A stretch of 64,000 nt of DNA from Marsupella aquatica (taxonomy: Eukaryota; Plantae; Marchantiophyta), in assembly GCA_973895155.1 (NCBI GenBank), contig OZ316898.1, forward strand, positions 21,244,262 to 21,308,261, written 5' to 3'. Each line of letters starts with the position of its first letter. Positions within the stretch are counted from its first letter, which is position 1. The position numbers and the translations under genes are program-made. The notes beneath the pieces were generated by a model. The model saw only the letters and a list, made by a program, of their open reading frames with translations. It did not search any database and had not been told where the DNA came from. Positions 23,549 through 36,852 of this stretch are shown here, in pieces.

Positions 23549-25296
23549 TTGATAGGGAGGCAATCACTGCTCTTTCCTCTGATCAACCATTGTAGAGTTG
23601 GTTTGGTTTTGAAACCTTCTGGTGATAATGTTGATGGATTCGCAAGATGGGAAGCTCATCGTGCCCTTGACACTATTTCTATGGATGTTTTGGAAGGTCG
23701 CGAGCAGCCCTCCTACAGTGAAACCTTTCAAGATGACATTGGTGAACGATTTGGTAGGGAAGACATGAATGTGGACGGAGTGTCTGAGCAGGATTGCAGT
23801 GGTCGTAGCCAATTTCACTCGGTTGGGCCTGCTGGTCCTCCAACTTTGGGTGCAATGGGAGAGGGCGCACAATCCTCAGCTGAGGCAAGGGGTGAGGAAG
23901 CTGAGGCTTGCATTCCGCTTTTGAGAAGGATCTCAGATCTCACGATACAAAATTGGCCCTCCCAGCTTCACACTACAATTACTTGGTCCCTTGAAGAGGC
24001 GGCTGAGACTGTTCGGGGGCTATTCAACTGCTCCATGATGTGTTATTTCACTGATCGTGCACCTATGCTTCCGACATTTAAATTATGGGTGGAGAAGACT
24101 TTTGTTAACAAAAGGAAGTGGCCAGTAACACAAGTGAAATTTGTGGGAAAGAGCTTCTACATGGTGGCCTTCAAAAATCCTGAGCACCGGGACCTGGCGT
24201 TAGTAGAGGCACCCTGGTTTTTGGAACGAAAGTATGTTTTTACCTTTCCCTGGGACCCATCCTTTGATATCATGAATGAGTCCTACACTCTCTTACCTGT
24301 TTGGATTGAAATCCCTTTTTGCGCATTGCTATTGGAACCCTGTCATCGGAAGCTAGCTGCTTCTCTGGGAGATATTTTGCATTATATCCAGGGTGATGAT
24401 TTAAGCTCCTACCCCCATGATCGTGTTTGTATACTCTGGGACACTCAGCGGGAGGTCCCGCGCAGTGTTGAAGTCCAAATTCAGGCTGATCTCTCCATCT
24501 GGCAACCAGTCATTTTCAAAAATATACCCTTCCACTATTTTATCTGTAATTGCAAAGGCCACTTGGCCGGGGATTGTCGATCACACGAGGAGCAGGCACA
24601 GGAGGCCCCCCTGGCCACTCCTCCTCTTAATACTGATCTGGGTGAGGTTATCCCTGCGGAAATTGTTATTGCTGTTGACATGCCTGCCCCTCTTGAGTCT
24701 GGAACCATGGCGGCTCCTTCTCCTCCCGAGGCATCCCCGGAACTACAACTGCTGCTAAAGATGATCCTGGAGGGAGCTCTTTATTTGGCGCTGCACTGAT
24801 GCTGGCTATTGATTCCTGGCCAGTTGTGATTGCATCGGCGGTGGATGAATCTGCTGAACTGGGTCCCCAAAACCCTCTGGTTAACTCTGTTTCTGTGGAG
24901 AACGAGGTTCCTAGGATTTTTCAAGATCTACAAGCTATGAATGATGAGCCTAAGCTTCTGTTGGCAGCACCTGAGATTACTCTAATGCCTTCTAGGGAAC
25001 TTGAGCCCCTTTTGGCACCTTCGCCTGCCGAAGGGACTCGACTGGTTGTTGTTGGGGAGGGATCTGAGGAAATGGTGGACGACCCCTCTAGCTCTGAAAT
25101 ACCTTCTGATATGGAGCTATCCGAATATGAGGGATTTATATCCCGCTCTGCTCAAAAGAAACACCGAGCTAGGAAACTGGCACGCAAATCCCCACCTGAG
25201 GAGAAAAAGAAGGATAAAGGCAAAAAGAAAGCCAAGAATCAACAATTCTTACTTTTCTCCCTTGATTCTACTGTGCAAGATGCTAAGGCTGGGTGA
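23549..25296 (+). pseudogene. LINE ORF1 (DUF4283-like + CCHC knuckle), disrupted
   Basis: FYMVAF..RDLALVEAPWF..FPWDPSF..PVWIEIP and ICNCKGHLAGDC. Confidence 0.8.
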
Positions 25297-25534
25297 CTCC
25301 AGGACGGAAGCTGACTCGAGAGCAGAATCGCTCCATTGCTGTGCTCCTTGTCCCTGTGGTGGAGGTGCAGCCTATTGCTGAACGGGATCCCCCGCCCATC
25401 CTTACAGGTGGGGCGGTGGGGGTGGTTGGTGGGAATGCTGCTCCCTCTGACCTGCTGAATGTTGAGGCATAATTTTGGCTATTTGTTGCTTCTCCTGAAG
25501 CTGCTTTGCTGGCCCCTTGGAGAAGTGGAGCGAT

Positions 25535-28279
25535 ATGACACTCCTCAATTTTGCATTGTGGAATGTCTGCGGCTTATGTAATCCGGATAGAAAGCATGTG
25601 GTGTTGAAATGGGCTTCTTCAATCCGATCTCCGCTCGACGCCCTGGCTTTGCAAGAAGTAAAGGCTGATGAATTTTGATTGGATAATGCACTGAAGATCA
25701 TCCTACCCGATTATCAGCATGTTTACTCGACCCCCGTTGATGGCAGGGGAGGCACAGCTATTTTACTGCACCCGTCACTTAAGGTACTGTCATTGGGTAC
25801 GTTGGACCTGGGCAGAGCTGTTTGGGCCCAACTTGAACACGCCGAGGGAACCTTTGGGCTAATGAGTGTGTACGCGCCCAACTCTCCAGGAGAATGAGCT
25901 ATTCTCTGGAATGATTTGAAAAACGAATTGCCTCAAGGTTGATGGGTGATCACTGGAGATTTTAACATGATTGAACTCCGATACGATTCCACTGGCTTGA
26001 CCCCGTTGATCCGCGGGAGGGAGTTGGAATTCTGGAGGTTTTTGAAGGTTCGACTTGACCTGCAAGATGCACTCTCTATTCTTGGTCAGGTATCGGGATC
26101 CAGGTTTACCTGGCGCCGGATACAAAATGGCGTGTTGACTCAATCTTGCCTTGATAGGTTCTATTTCAGTGAGAAAGGCCAGTGGACGGAGAAACTGGTG
26201 GAACTCAAACATGATGGCACATCGGCACTATCGGACCATGACCCTATGCTGATCTCTTTCCGCATTGTCCCCTTGCTCACGTCTGCTTCTGATCAATGAC
26301 GCACTTCTTACTTCAAAGCTAACCCTTCTGTGGTCAGGAACTCTGCAAACTTGGGACTTTTGGAGGCTGCCTGGATTGGGGATGCCGCTCCCCTTGCTGA
26401 ACCTCATCTGCAATTTTCTTTGGCGTATCAGCGTCTCCGCCAATGCTACATGACGCTACAATCTTCACCACTGCCCAAGGCTGAAGAGGCTGCACTACTG
26501 CGTGACAAACTTTGACTTCTAAAGGTTGCTATTATGGAGGATTACTCCACTGACAGTATCACACAGTTTATGGATACTGAAGATAATGTACGTTCAATGG
26601 AACTTGAAGATGCTCACCACTGTGGCCGACTATCTAGGATTAAATGGCTGGGCCAGGGTGACGAACCCTCTAAGTTCTATTTCTCCACTGTTAAGGCCAA
26701 ACGGCTCAGAGAAAAGATGGAATATCTTGTGATTGATGGTGGCACGGAATTAAGGGAGGAGCGACTCATTGTTGGAGAGGTACAATGTTTTTGTGAGGAG
26801 CTGTACTCATCGCCATTACTGGAAGGAGAAGAATTGAGGAAGCAGCGAACAGCACGCAGGACTCTAAGTAGGAACACACATTTTGCCCCTACTACGGCTG
26901 AGGTTAGAATGCTTGAAGAGCTGCCTTCTATACGTGAACTGCATGACACTTTGTTACTTCTTCCCAGTGACAAAGCTCCTGGTATTGATGGCATGACTGC
27001 GGAGACCTTCAGGGCTTGCTGGGAATTCATGAAGAATGACTTTCATGACATGATCTGTGATTTCTGGAGGACAGGACATCTGGCTTTCAATATCAAAGAT
27101 GGGGTTATTCATTTTATTCCTAAGAAAACTGATAAGCGAAGACCCGGGGACTGGAGAGCATTAACCATGTTAACCATTGTATACAAGCTCTTGGCTAAGC
27201 TACTAGCCCTTCGTCTAAAAATGTTACTACCTAAGTTGATCTGTCCACAATAGACAGGCTTTATCCCTGGGCGGCACATTTTGGAAAATATCTCTCACCT
27301 GGCTGGTTAAAGACTGGATTAACTATACTAGGACCCCGGCTCTTTTCTTGAAACTGGATTTTGAGAAGGCCTTTGACAGAGTGGATCACTCTTACATATG
27401 GGAAACTATGAACCTGTTAGGCCTTGGCTCACATTTTATTTTTCTAGTAAAGTCTCTGATCAGCAATGCCTGCTCTAAGGCTCTCGTCAATGGCATCTGG
27501 ACTGAGGATGTGAAGATGTCCAGGGGTGTGAGACAAGGCTGCCCTCTCTCACCTCTTCTCTTTGTCATATCTACTCAGCCCTTGATGGATTTTCTTACAT
27601 CGGAGATTAATGCTGGTAGATTACAGGGTTTGCAGATTTCCAGCTCTCTACACATATGTTTTAGACTTTTTGCAGATGACTTAGGGTTGTTCATCCCGGC
27701 CTCAGCGGCCGCCTTTGAGCAAGCCAGGAGTGCTCTCACTTGCTACAAAGATGCCACAGGTGCTAAATTGAACTTAAACAAGTCAGTTGTTATTCCCCTT
27801 GCTGTGGAGGTGATCCCGAGCTGGCTTTTGGCTACTAGATGTCTAATTAGTGAAAGAGGAGTGGTACAGAAATATTTGGGTGCTCCCTTTGGCTTGGATC
27901 TTACTGAAGCACAGCTGCATGACTTTTGCCTCGACCGGATTGGAGCCAGACTATCATCTTGGTCTACCCGTTTTCTATCTTTCACTGGAAGGGTGTTGCT
28001 GATCAAACATGTTTTACTTGCCATTCCTGTATATCACATGATGTTTCTGCGATCCTCTGCTTCTCTGGCAAAGAAGCTGATTGCACTCAGTCGTGTTTTT
28101 CTTTGGGGGATTAACAATCAGGGGGGGAGCGAATTCCACTGGTGGCCTGGGAGAAGCTGGCACGACCTAAGGTGGATGGTGGCCTGGGATTGAAGGACTT
28201 CCGTAGTCATTCTGACGCTCTACTAAGTAAATGGTTTATTGGGGCGCTTGATAGACCGGAATCGGAATGGGCAAGGATG
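25535..28279 (+). pseudogene. LINE ORF2 (APE endonuclease + reverse transcriptase), disrupted
   Basis: WNVCGL, LQE, VYAPN, GDFN, SDHDP (EN); KAPGIDG, LDFEKAFDRV, RQGCPLSP, LFADD, KYLG (RT). Confidence 0.92.
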
Positions 28280-29801
28280 GAATGGATGAAGAAACTTTGT
28301 GAGTTTTGGCACTATCGGGGACTGTACAAGATTTGCATCCCCAAAGGAATTTCAAGCAAATGGTTGGTTGATCCACTTCATGGGTTCTGCTCAGCACATT
28401 GTCTGGAACATTACAAATAAGAAAACGAATGTTGTCTAATGCGGTTTCTTTGATCCTTTGACGGATAGATTAGATGGCTGTCACCTGATCGGGTCTTTAA
28501 GGCAGATGAAATTATTCTGGGTCTTGGACGTGTCTCCTATGTCATGAAGCAGTTGGAATATGTTATCTCTCGGACACGAGAGGTGGATCGCATAATGCGG
28601 ATGAAGATCCCAGACGATGACTAGAGGAGAAAGATGACTATTTCTCCGAATGTTGTGTTCATGAAACTTTTCAATGAGAGACAAAGGTGGAGGAATGGAT
28701 TCGAGGGCATCCAGTAATCCATGACTGGATGTGCCCAAAGAAGAAAGAAGCTAGTGGAAAGGAGATGATTAGGATTGTCGATGATCATGAGGAGGATGAT
28801 GAGCCCGCATCTGGAGAGAAAAAGTCCCATGAAACAATTTCTGTATATGAGTCAGGAAATGAGGATGATGGAGAGAAGGGAAATGTCCAAGAAGAGAGCA
28901 AGAAGACTATTCAGAATCAGGCGGAGTCAGAGACAGAGTCAGAGTCGACTGGTTCAGAGGGTGGGGTTCAGCCAACCGACGAAGATGTTGAGAGCGGGGA
29001 AATTCAGCAGAATGAGGTCATCCCCACACCAAAGCCTACAAAACAGAAGCGATACACAAAGACTTCAAACAAAGCTAGGCAGTAACCGCAATCATGGGGA
29101 TTTGGGATGTAACAACCATGGATCTAGAGCCGGCCCTTGAAGCCAAGGACTCTTCCCCCATTGACATGACCCCGGAGCAGGCCGGTTTCTCACCACCATA
29201 GTTGACCAGACCTTGGCAAGCCTATCCGGGTGACAAAGGCAAGAAGTGCAGGGCCAAGTTCACCGTCAGGAGGAACAGGCAATTCCTGGAAAGTTTCTCA
29301 TCGACTTGCTGGGAAACGTCGCCAGGAATGTCTGCCTCGAGATGGGTTTGCTCTTGACAATGAAAAAGGATGGTATCCTTGAGGGACATCTTCACTGCCA
29401 CCGAAGCCGAGTACCAGGCTTGCTAATATCAGTGGGAGGATACAGAAGACCGACGCTACACTGAGACTACCGAGGCAATCAAAGCACATGTAAAAGAGGC
29501 CATCGACAAAATAAATGAGTATGTGGCTTGCTCATTCATCACGACCATGGACAAGGACGATCATTGTCCTCTCGAGCCCGAGGTTGATTGCCTTAGGCGA
29601 GAGGTCAACGAGCAAGGCCAGCTAGCAGACATGCTGACGAGTAACGTCCATGACTTGGAGGACGCCTCTGAGGATGTGGCGGAGGAGGTCACCAGATCCA
29701 GATCCGGGTCCTACAAGAGGACAATGATCGTCTGCGGGGTCATCCGGACTGGCGGTCCGGATCTAGTTCGGGGTGGGACTAGCAAGCATGCCAAGCATTA
29801 G
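28280..29801 (+). pseudogene. Degenerate unidentified coding remnant (acidic low-complexity + coiled-coil-like), probably TE-derived
   Basis: Plus-strand ORF fragments 28687..29085, 29246..29464 and 29523..29801 with protein-like composition. No recognisable domain. Confidence 0.35.
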
Positions 29802-30887
29802 GCGGCGGGATTCACGGAAGATGGAAGCACCAGCGTCCGGGCGACACTGGCTAAGATTAGGTTGGGATTACACCGCTGGCTTAGCTCAGGCCGCAGGTAT
29901 TAGTGTAGGGCGTCTCAAACCCCCTCAAACCCCTACACGTTGTCGAACTCCTTTGGGTCACCTGGATGCCTCTGGTCCCCGCCTGCCCGATATTGAACAC
30001 CGGTACCCAAAATTGGACTATCAAGTCCTCCCATTTTAATTATGCCTCGCTTTGTTCGCAGTTACAATCGTTTCCGGGACGCCAGGAGATTGGTACCTAT
30101 AAGCTTTTCTAACATCAGTTGCTATTTTCAAGGTTCGCACACAATGCGATAATCAAATAGTTCAACATTTGGTTACGCAACTTGTTTTCCAACCTTGTAA
30201 TAGAATGAAGAGAATTCTGCAAGTGTTTGTATTTCTGTGAAAGCTCGTGATGAGGAACGGAATGAGGAGAGCAAACCCGACCACCTACCTAACCCGGGCA
30301 GCCCACGCCAGTGAAATACCGGGTGCCAAACTGTATTACTAAAAACATAAGTTTCAGTCAGTAGCCCTAGTGCGTAGTGGTAGACTTAGTAGTAGTAGCG
30401 GTAGTAGTAGGGAGGCAAAGTTTTAGCCGGGGCACAAGCACGAACGGTCGTGGGTTTAGCATGGGTTATGACTACCCCGCCCACTAAACCCTTTACCCAC
30501 CCCTCAACCCTGCATGACAGTCATGTGGGGGCATCTTTGCCATGCATTAGGTTGGTTTAGTGGTTGAGTGGTTGAGTGGTTTCCACAATTTTCCTATTTT
30601 GAGTCGGGTCAGTGTATCACCTTGGTCAGCTAGCACGCCCTATTCCTTTCCTAGGGTGGGAAGACGTCTCGCACAGGCCTGCTGCACTAAACTGAGCTTC
30701 TTTTGCATTCGACATAGTCTCTGGTCTGCAACAAGGATAGAGCAAGCTCACTTCATTCTTCTGATGATGGTTTCATCCTCATCACAGCGGCCGCCACACG
30801 CACAAAATTGTTCAGCATTCTCTCCGTGTCCTTTGAAAGTAGCCAAGGCTCAAATTTACGGTCATCCAATGGCATGTCAGGAAACAA

Positions 30888-33800
30888 CTACCTGAGTCGT
30901 CTGCGCGAGTCGTCATTCCTATATGCATGCCAAATTAGAATTTGTATCCTCTCTCCGGACAGATCGTTGCAGGTGCTGCTCTTGGATTCCCCCCACTTGT
31001 GCACCTGGGTTTGCCCGATTTGATCAAACGGAAAGAAGCACTTGAAGCAAGCATTATTATGGCATTCTTGACTCTTCACATTACAGTTGGAAACCCGATG
31101 GCGATTGGACAGACACCGCAGGCATAACCCTCTCATTACGCCACACTCCCTTATTCCATGATTTATGTGAGTCCTCCCAACACAGGAGACATCGCCTCCC
31201 ATCACCCCCATGCCGGCGAACATAATTGAGATCGATGATATCTTTGCGCATGTTTGCCTCTATCCTTATGCTTTCCGGTCTCGGAATATATACATCCTGA
31301 ACAGCTGCTCCGTCTGGCCTTGTGTGCGAGTGGTGTCTCGGGTGATTGCCTCCACTTCGGCTTGGCGTGGTAGCCGCGGCTTCCAGGCACACGTCACATG
31401 CCAAGCCGTCGGGGAGCAGGGCACAAACCTGTGCCTTCCCGTCCATCTCAAGGTGAAGGTTGTATCACCGACAAATGGTACTGTTCGTGATCCATTGGTG
31501 CGCAATCTTCATGCTCTCCTGGTTGACTCCTTCAATTTGCACGGATGGCGCGGACAACGCCCAGGCACGATAGTCCTTGTGTGAAACCACCATGCACACT
31601 CCGGGCCGGCCGTCCCGTCCACATCTGCCCGACTCTTGGTGGTACTCTTCCATTGACCCATAAAAGCCTCCCCGATGCACGACCAAGAGAATGTTGGGAT
31701 AGTTATATCCGCAGGAGATCACTGAGGTTGCCACCATGACTTTAGGCGTGCCAGCCTCCCAACTTCGTAGCTTGCTAAGTCTATCTGCCTTCACGATGTC
31801 GGAGGTTAAGAAGCAACTTTGGACATGATGTTGTCGCAGAGTTTGATCCAAATCCACAGCTTCACTCTTCGTCATAGTGTATACCAGGGCTCTGTCCTCT
31901 GTGCCGGCAGTGGCCATCCAATCACGTAGAAGTTCCACGATTTTCAAATCCAGCCTGGCCTCATCGTCCACAACTTTGTACTTGAGGTTAGGTCGTGTTG
32001 TACAGGACCGAATCACCTTCCATGGACTTCCCAACTTCCACCATAATGCTGCTTCCTTGCGGGGTGGTAGAGAGGCCGTCAATCCAATCAGCTGACAATG
32101 AAGTCGGGAAAGCCAGAGAAGCTGTGCCATGGATTGACGGTAGGGACACAACACCTGATGCACCTCGTCTATGACGATTGAATGCAATTTGCCGGCGCAA
32201 ATGAGTTGTCTGGCCCAACTTTGGAAACTCTCTTGGATGGCAATCTCGACAGGGACAAACACGAGCAGAGGCGCCTCTGCCACAGGGATACAGCTCACCC
32301 TGAACTCCAAACAATCAAAACCTGCGGCCCTGCACTCCGCCAGCTGAGTGTGGATCAACACATACAGAGGAACGATGACAACCACCGTCTTCCCGCTACT
32401 CCGAGCGGTTGCCATGAAAACGGCCGATTTCCCAGAACCCGTGGGTAGGATGGCTACAAAATTCTGCATGTTGTCCACCGCCGTGGCAACTGCAATTGCC
32501 TGCTCACGCGTCTTCCAATCCCTGTGACCAAGGCTGAAAAGTGCAATCCGTGCTTCATACATCGCAGCAGGGTCCAGGCCCTCAAGTTCATTGCCGTGAT
32601 CGGTGTTTGATCCATCATCACATCTGTGCAGGATCCGGATTCGCTTTGAGGGCGGAGCGAACTCAACTTCCACACCTGGGTGAAGCCGGACCACTTCTGT
32701 GCCTGGCCACAGCTCAGGCTCAGGCTCGGCCTTGGCCTCGGCCTCCGGGTGTCTCCTAAGGTCTGTGGGCAGCCGCAGTAAATGGTGAAGCTTCTTTGCG
32801 ACAAACCTAAAGTTCCTCCACTCATGTTGATCAACAACTCTTAAATCCTGGCTATTCTGTGCATAGTTATGGCCAGTGGTGGACACCGAATGGCCTGCAG
32901 ATGCATCCAGCCGCTCATTAGCCAGTGATATCTGCAGCTGGAACCGAATGGGCTCGGAAAAGAACGTTATAATGTGCCGATGAGGCCTAATCCCAAATGG
33001 GGCCTTGAATCGTTTCAAAAACTCCCTCTCCACACCTGCACTCACATGCCGTGTTGAACGCCTTTTTCCGGTTTCAACTAACCAACAATCCGTGTACACC
33101 GCTACTTTCTCTCCACCCCACAATTGACTCGCAACGAACACCTGCACAAGCCTCACCACGCTAAGGTACTGGAGGAAGGCTAGCCTCAAACATAGGGGTA
33201 AGAACCGAATGATGTGCTTTGAGCGTTTCCGACCACACGTTTTGTTATATGTTTGGTGTATCACCAAGGTCCCTTCTGCCCACAGGAACGTCCGTTGGTT
33301 GGTTGTTGTGTTGCGGATCAAGACTCTGCTGTACTCCGCTGCCCTAGCTGGCTGACCCGATGTAAAATGCAGCAACCAAGTGAGCCGGTCGTTCAATCTA
33401 TCGGCGGCGGCCAGCCACTCGCGTAGGGCCTTCTTGTTCCACATCTGGATGTCGTTCTCGTCGTAGCGATGGACAAAATGTGATGATCTCATGTCATCGG
33501 AGAACAGATGCTGGTGCAATCGTGCCTGTGCTCGTGGAACGGGTTTCTTTCTTTGGTGAGGAACGAGTATCCGTTCCTATCTTTGTTGAGCTCGTCCACA
33601 ATTACGCTGCCCCCGGGTACCAACAGTTGCTCCAACCAATCCGTGTCCAGACCTAGAAGAACTTGTTCCCGCATGAGGACGGTGCATTCACTAATCACCG
33701 CCATCACCATTTCTCTATAGCCATCCAGTGTGATCGGGTAACCGTTCACTTCGCATTCTATGTAACCGGGCTTTGATGCAACGAGATCCGGTCTTTTCGG

Positions 33801-35490
33801 CTTTTCGCCGACGAGCGAGCAGATAAGGGTCTGCCAAGAAGAAATGTAGCCAAATGGTGTCTCTATTAGCCTGGGTTTATCCTCCACGTACGCCAGAATT
33901 GCTCTCGCATCTTCGACATCCAGGTCATCCGCTGCCGCTCGATTCCAAAGAGTGCGACATAACTCCATTTTGATTGCCGCTCGGCACCAGAATTTCATCA
34001 TTGACAACATTGGGGTGACATCTGTGGATTCCTTCCATGCATAACCACTGGAGAGCACGCACGCTTTGAGCGAGGACAAGATCAAAAACTGCAAAAAAAA
34101 ATTGTCCGTCAATTTCCGGGCTACCACCTTCGTCAGATGTGGGAGGGTCCACAAACCGAGCAACAGGTCGTGTAGGACAGTGTAGTCAAAGTGGTCCGGG
34201 TCTATGGGACCCTCTGAAAGGGACTCCAACTGGATCTTTAGGGCTTGGAGAAGGACCTTCAAGCGGTCGGGAGCCTTCACAACGAGGAGCACATGGGAGC
34301 CTGGAGGATCACATGCAGAGAGCAATAAAGTGAACAGGAAATTTGTCATGACCGAGCAATACTTCTCTATCGTGGACTCCTGGAGGAACTCGATGAATCC
34401 CTGTGGAGAGTCAGGACTCACAACCAATGTCCTCACTCGGAAATCCACCTCGACCACGACTTTTTGCACAAGCGTGGCATACGAGAGCACAACATCCGGG
34501 ACCCGTGCATATGGGGAACCTTCCCGGCGAGCCAAACGCATGGGACCACTGATATCGTTGTACGTTGAATTCTCTGGTATGAGTCCTGCTGCAACCTTCA
34601 CCCATCCAGTGGCTCGCAGCCACGCGGATAGATCTCGAGGGGGAGGATCGTTCTGTGCGGGGAGCGTCCACTCCATCTCAAGAATTGCCTTGGACAGCGC
34701 GGACTTCAGGCTTTGGTTGCTACGTCGGGCTCGGTCGGCTGGACATCGGACTGCAAAGTACTTCTTCCCGACACCTTGAACAAGACATTGAACACTACTA
34801 CTGCAACGCATGGTCATATCGGTAACTTCGGCATGCACTCGTATCGTGTGATTACGCATAGTCTTCCTACTTGTGCTGTGGTAGGTAGTGCAAAAGGGGC
34901 ACGAGTAGCCTCTGCGGACAACGATACCGAGGACTGGGGAGAATAATCCCCGAATATAATGATCCCACACTGCACTGGGGGGGTTAATTGCATCCCTGTG
35001 ATGGCCATCGACAGCTGTCGCTCATCTTGTCGGCTCCATAAGCTTCTTCCCCCATTCCTATGGAGGGCGCGAAATCCTTCCAGACATGCCTGCAAACCGT
35101 CCCCACGCTGGAACCATCCAGGATAACATTGCAGGTAACGCACAAGAGCAATGCCATGCCCTCGTACTTCACCACAGACAAATCTGCTCGACTTAACACA
35201 TCTGGGGTGTCCACAAATTCTGAGATTGTCGCCACCCGGGGACTTTCATTACTGGGAACCGAATCACCCGAATCACCTGCTGGGACCGATGCACGACTAT
35301 GGGTTGTCCCTTGGATGTGTTCTCTGGCATAATGGTTCTGCAAGCGGTCCGGTTGACGGAAGCGAGACAAGCAAGAACGGTGAGGGCACGGCCAATCACG
35401 AGCTACGGATATGCGGACTGAAGATCTCGTGCCATCAGCCTCGACAACATTGCAAATCGACTGATGAACTGTGCCTGGCAGCTGGCGGCA
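30888..35490 (-). pseudogene. Zn-finger/DUF3505-like + tyrosine-recombinase-like + RecQ-family helicase fusion gene (telomere-linked-helicase-like architecture), disrupted
   Basis: C2H2 finger CPHRSC..F..L..H....H. Motifs LLLCVTC..H, GYSCPFC..MRNH....H..VQCL..YFAV and SAWLRATGW. YR-like TSGQPARAAE / YNKT / RPHRH / AGHS..NYA. Helicase LPTGSGKS, DEVH, TAS, TTRPNL, ATSV, QESGRCGRDG. Zn-binding CR*..DG..C..CDVC and a Cys-rich tail. Frameshifts near 34980, 33500 and 31170; in-frame TGA at 31465. Confidence 0.85.
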
Positions 35491-36831
35491 GGACTAATCA
35501 ATGCAACCTATCATTTACTACCCTTGTCAGAGTCATTTGCCCTTATTTGGAAAGACGGTCCATCGCAATTCAATGGGCCGACGGCTGTACCCGTGAGTGT
35601 CATCATAATAATAAGGACCCTAAACCGGCCCCCACCGTTGTTAGTGCATACAACATTATTGTATCGCTACCGTAGGGGCAGTATTGTGAACAACAACAAC
35701 AATGCTACTACTGTTGCAAGAAATTCCTTTTTGCAAACTCTCAAATACCAGGCCCATGACCGAAGGGTAGTAGTAGTAGATGAAGTGTTAAAGTAAACTG
35801 TTGAAATATTCTACGCTCGATTACGCGGATGAAAGTCATGTTTCAGATATGACTGATGACATTTTTCAAGTATTGATTAAAAACCAGGAGTTATCTTGAA
35901 GTGAGTGATACATCATGATAAAGAATTCATCTAATATCTCTCTGCATCAAAAACATGTGTAAAACTCTTCCTCTAACAACTTGTTTTGTGGTTCTCTCAG
36001 GGACGGGGCCAAATTGACTAATTAGAGAGCGACACCAAGTTCGGAACGCACATCTTTATTGTCCTCTTTCATCTTCCAATTTTATATTTGACATGGTAAT
36101 AATTCACAACCATGTAAACAATTAATTAAACCATGTAAACCATGTAACGTTAGAAATACTGGGCAGCGGGCAGTCACGTACTGGGTTAATAAAGGCTAAT
36201 GGCATTCATTAGCCTCGATCTTGCCTTTCGTTCTTAGTAACAATCAGCACATAATAGGATGTGATCATGGATTGCATTCTTGAAGGTATCATGTACCCAA
36301 ACTACCCTTGCCTATGCAAAAATTAAAACCTGGTTGGGCCCGTTGCGGGGACAGAGTGTAGGCCTTGTATTTTTGTGAGGAAAGTATGCAAAGAAAAGAG
36401 CTTGGAATCCACTTGCCATGATATTAGGATAATGATGAGAATTTTCTTTTACTAGTATGTATTAACAAATTGAATCTTCAAACTAAGTTGCCCAAGATCA
36501 AATTACAGATAGTTATAACTAATGGCTCAATCCAAGCCATCATTTTTCTTATGGCATAATCTTGTTATTGTAGATGAGCTTTGATGTCATTCTTATAAAT
36601 TTAATTTAATGCACATAAATTTAATACAAATTTACAACACTACTCTGAATGTACTTTGGCTATATAAATTACGTGAAAGAATTGAGTTTGGACCCACATA
36701 CTAGTTCAGCACCTTGGAAAGAGTGTCACAGGTGACCTGTGATGCCTAGACAGGAATCACTCGGCCGGTTAAGTGGGTAAAGCAGGAAGGCACCCTAGGA
36801 ACACCTTAGTATAGTGACAAAACAAGGAAAA

Positions 36832-36837
36832 TATAAA
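36832..36837 (+). promoter_or_regulatory. Candidate TATA box near the LTR 5' end
   Basis: TATAAA is conserved in all four family-A copies that include this region, upstream of the LTR ORF. Confidence 0.4.
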
Positions 36838-36852
36838 CAATTAGGGGCAACC

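Larger units (their letters stand above)
23176..28279 (+). mobile_element. L1-like LINE, degraded and 3'-truncated (5' boundary uncertain, may extend to ~22400)
   Basis: ORF1 with RRM/DUF4283-like region and zinc knuckle, followed by ORF2 with endonuclease and RT. Homologous to the LINE at 52481-64000. Homology stops at ~28279. Confidence 0.88.

Noticed and set aside
31465-33519. Ordinary host RecQ DNA-repair gene
   Set aside because: No evident introns, no HRDC-type tail, fused to YR-like and DUF3505-like regions, and disrupted.
35800-36737. AT-rich stretch with ccatgtaaac repeats
   Set aside because: No ORF, TIR or RNA-gene structure could be supported.
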